DNA of 64,000 bases. Source: Phoronis australis (taxonomy: Eukaryota > Animalia > Phoronida). Positions 62,587 to 64,000 of this stretch are shown here, piece after piece (within the stretch, counting starts at the first letter, position 1; the number at the start of each line of letters is the position of its first letter). The stretch is from contig NMRA01000476.1 in the NCBI GenBank assembly GCA_002633005.1, forward strand, positions 7,486 to 71,485, given 5' to 3'. The notes beneath the pieces are model-generated. The model saw only the letters and a program-made list of their open reading frames with translations, had not been told where the DNA came from and did no database searches. Both the position numbers and the translations under genes were made by a program.

Positions 62587-64000
62587 TTAAAGGAGCATGC
62601 CACCCAAAAACAACCTAATTTGTATCAATTTAGATCGAGTAGTTCTACTCCATAACGGCATGTACGGTTGCGTTACCTGACACCTGACGGCAGAGGAGGT
62701 GTTGAAATTATCCAATGACATAATTGGTTTCAAACGCAGTCTGTTCAGCAGTTCACAACACGGGTTACTGGTGTCAGCTTATCGCTTGAATTCATTGTTT
62801 AACACCAATAAATCATCAAACTTTGATGAAAACCCTTAAAAATACACCAAGTTTTTATAAAAACGTTTTATTTCGCTGTTACGGATTTATTGGTATTTGG
62901 ACACACCGTAGCCAACAAAGTTCGGCAGGCCAATAAGGTCCGTAGCAGGAGTTTGGGGTCTGTTCGGAGACAAATTCGAAGTATTTTCCGTGAGATACAG
63001 ACAGGAGAACCCAGATCTGCATTGTTTAGACTTGTGATTTTTTGAGTTCTAAACACACAAAACGCTTGTTAGCCTGGCCAGTGGCTCGGAGCCCGATCAG
63101 GCCCATCGTGGCCGCCGGCCAGTGGCTCAGAAACTGATCAGACATCACAAACATAAACCAGCCAAAGTTGGAAACTAAACTTCCAGTCAAGAAAATACTA
63201 TACTAGTGAGCCAAATTAATGCGCACGTGATTATGATGGTGAATTACCCACGAAACTGCAAATCTACTTACTCATCGGGAGCCGCGAATTTAGGTTCCAC
63301 TTTGGCCACAGCACCGTCAGGGCAGAAGTTGTACATTGACAATCATTATTGTAATAATGTAAATGTAAATAAACACTCCCCTAACACCAAGATGTGGGAT
63401 GGAAATCGACTGAGTTGTTTCACAAAAGTTTCTGCCAGCAAACACTAAATTAGCATGAGCTCACACGGCCTTGGTGCCCGTCAATTAGTTTTATTGCACC
63501 TAAAGCCGGTAATGCAGTGATTGCTGGCTTCTCAAATCATTTGCACTCACGAACACTCCGAAGGCATTACAAATTGCATCTAATGAAGCAGACTTTGTTT
63601 CAGTTTTATGTAAGTATTGGTTAGGGTGAGAATAATTCATTTTGAAACAGAATGCTCAGCAATCATAACATCAACATGGCAACTCGCAATCCCGACTTAA
63701 ACAAGAGCTCATCAGTCGATCCCTGCGAAGACTTCGCAGGTGGATCGTTAAGTTTCACAGGCTATCAATTCGAACAGAAGAAATACCAGAGAGGCGCCGT
63801 GAACAAGCTCAGACAACGGAACGCATGAATTGGATAGTTATTTGGTAAGTCAGCATTCGTCAGGCACTGTCGACGACTGCAGGCCACAGACACGGAGATG
63901 TTTCACGGCCTCATTACTTGCTATTAACAGCATACCTCTCATTCTTCACTACCGCAAGTTACTTCCTAAGCATTTTGGGCTCTCGAGGAAGTCGAAAAAA
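62587..64000 (+). mobile_element. Probable Kolobok-like DNA transposon derivative in a PCNP intron; right end not seen
   Basis: TTAA followed by an AGGAGCATGCC terminus, a shift to CpG-richer sequence, internal short direct and inverted repeats, and a decayed short ORF at 63676-63828. Confidence 0.45.

Overview
This is animal (invertebrate-type) genomic DNA, not prokaryotic: it has GT-AG introns, microsatellites, many non-autonomous DNA transposons, CpG-poor gene bodies and one 63-nt N gap. Three protein-coding genes can be built by hand. (1) GTF2E1/TFIIE-alpha on +, with 4 coding exons at 4944-15180 (418 aa) and a candidate 12-nt microexon. (2) A large + strand gene at 23179-56986 with 17-18 phase-consistent exons (about 1335-1359 aa). 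It joins a SAMD5-like N-terminus to a SASH1-like SH3-SAM...SAM body and carries an internally duplicated module encoded by two matching 135-bp exons. (3) The last coding exon of a convergent PCNP gene on - at 61826-61949. The first 4.5 kb is a nest of long-TIR elements with readable target-site duplications. A Helentron/HINE-like element with an array of CTCF-like motifs sits between the poly(A) signals of the two convergent genes. Most ORFs in the supplied track are spurious. All protein identifications are from remembered sequence similarity and splice-phase logic, not from database searches.
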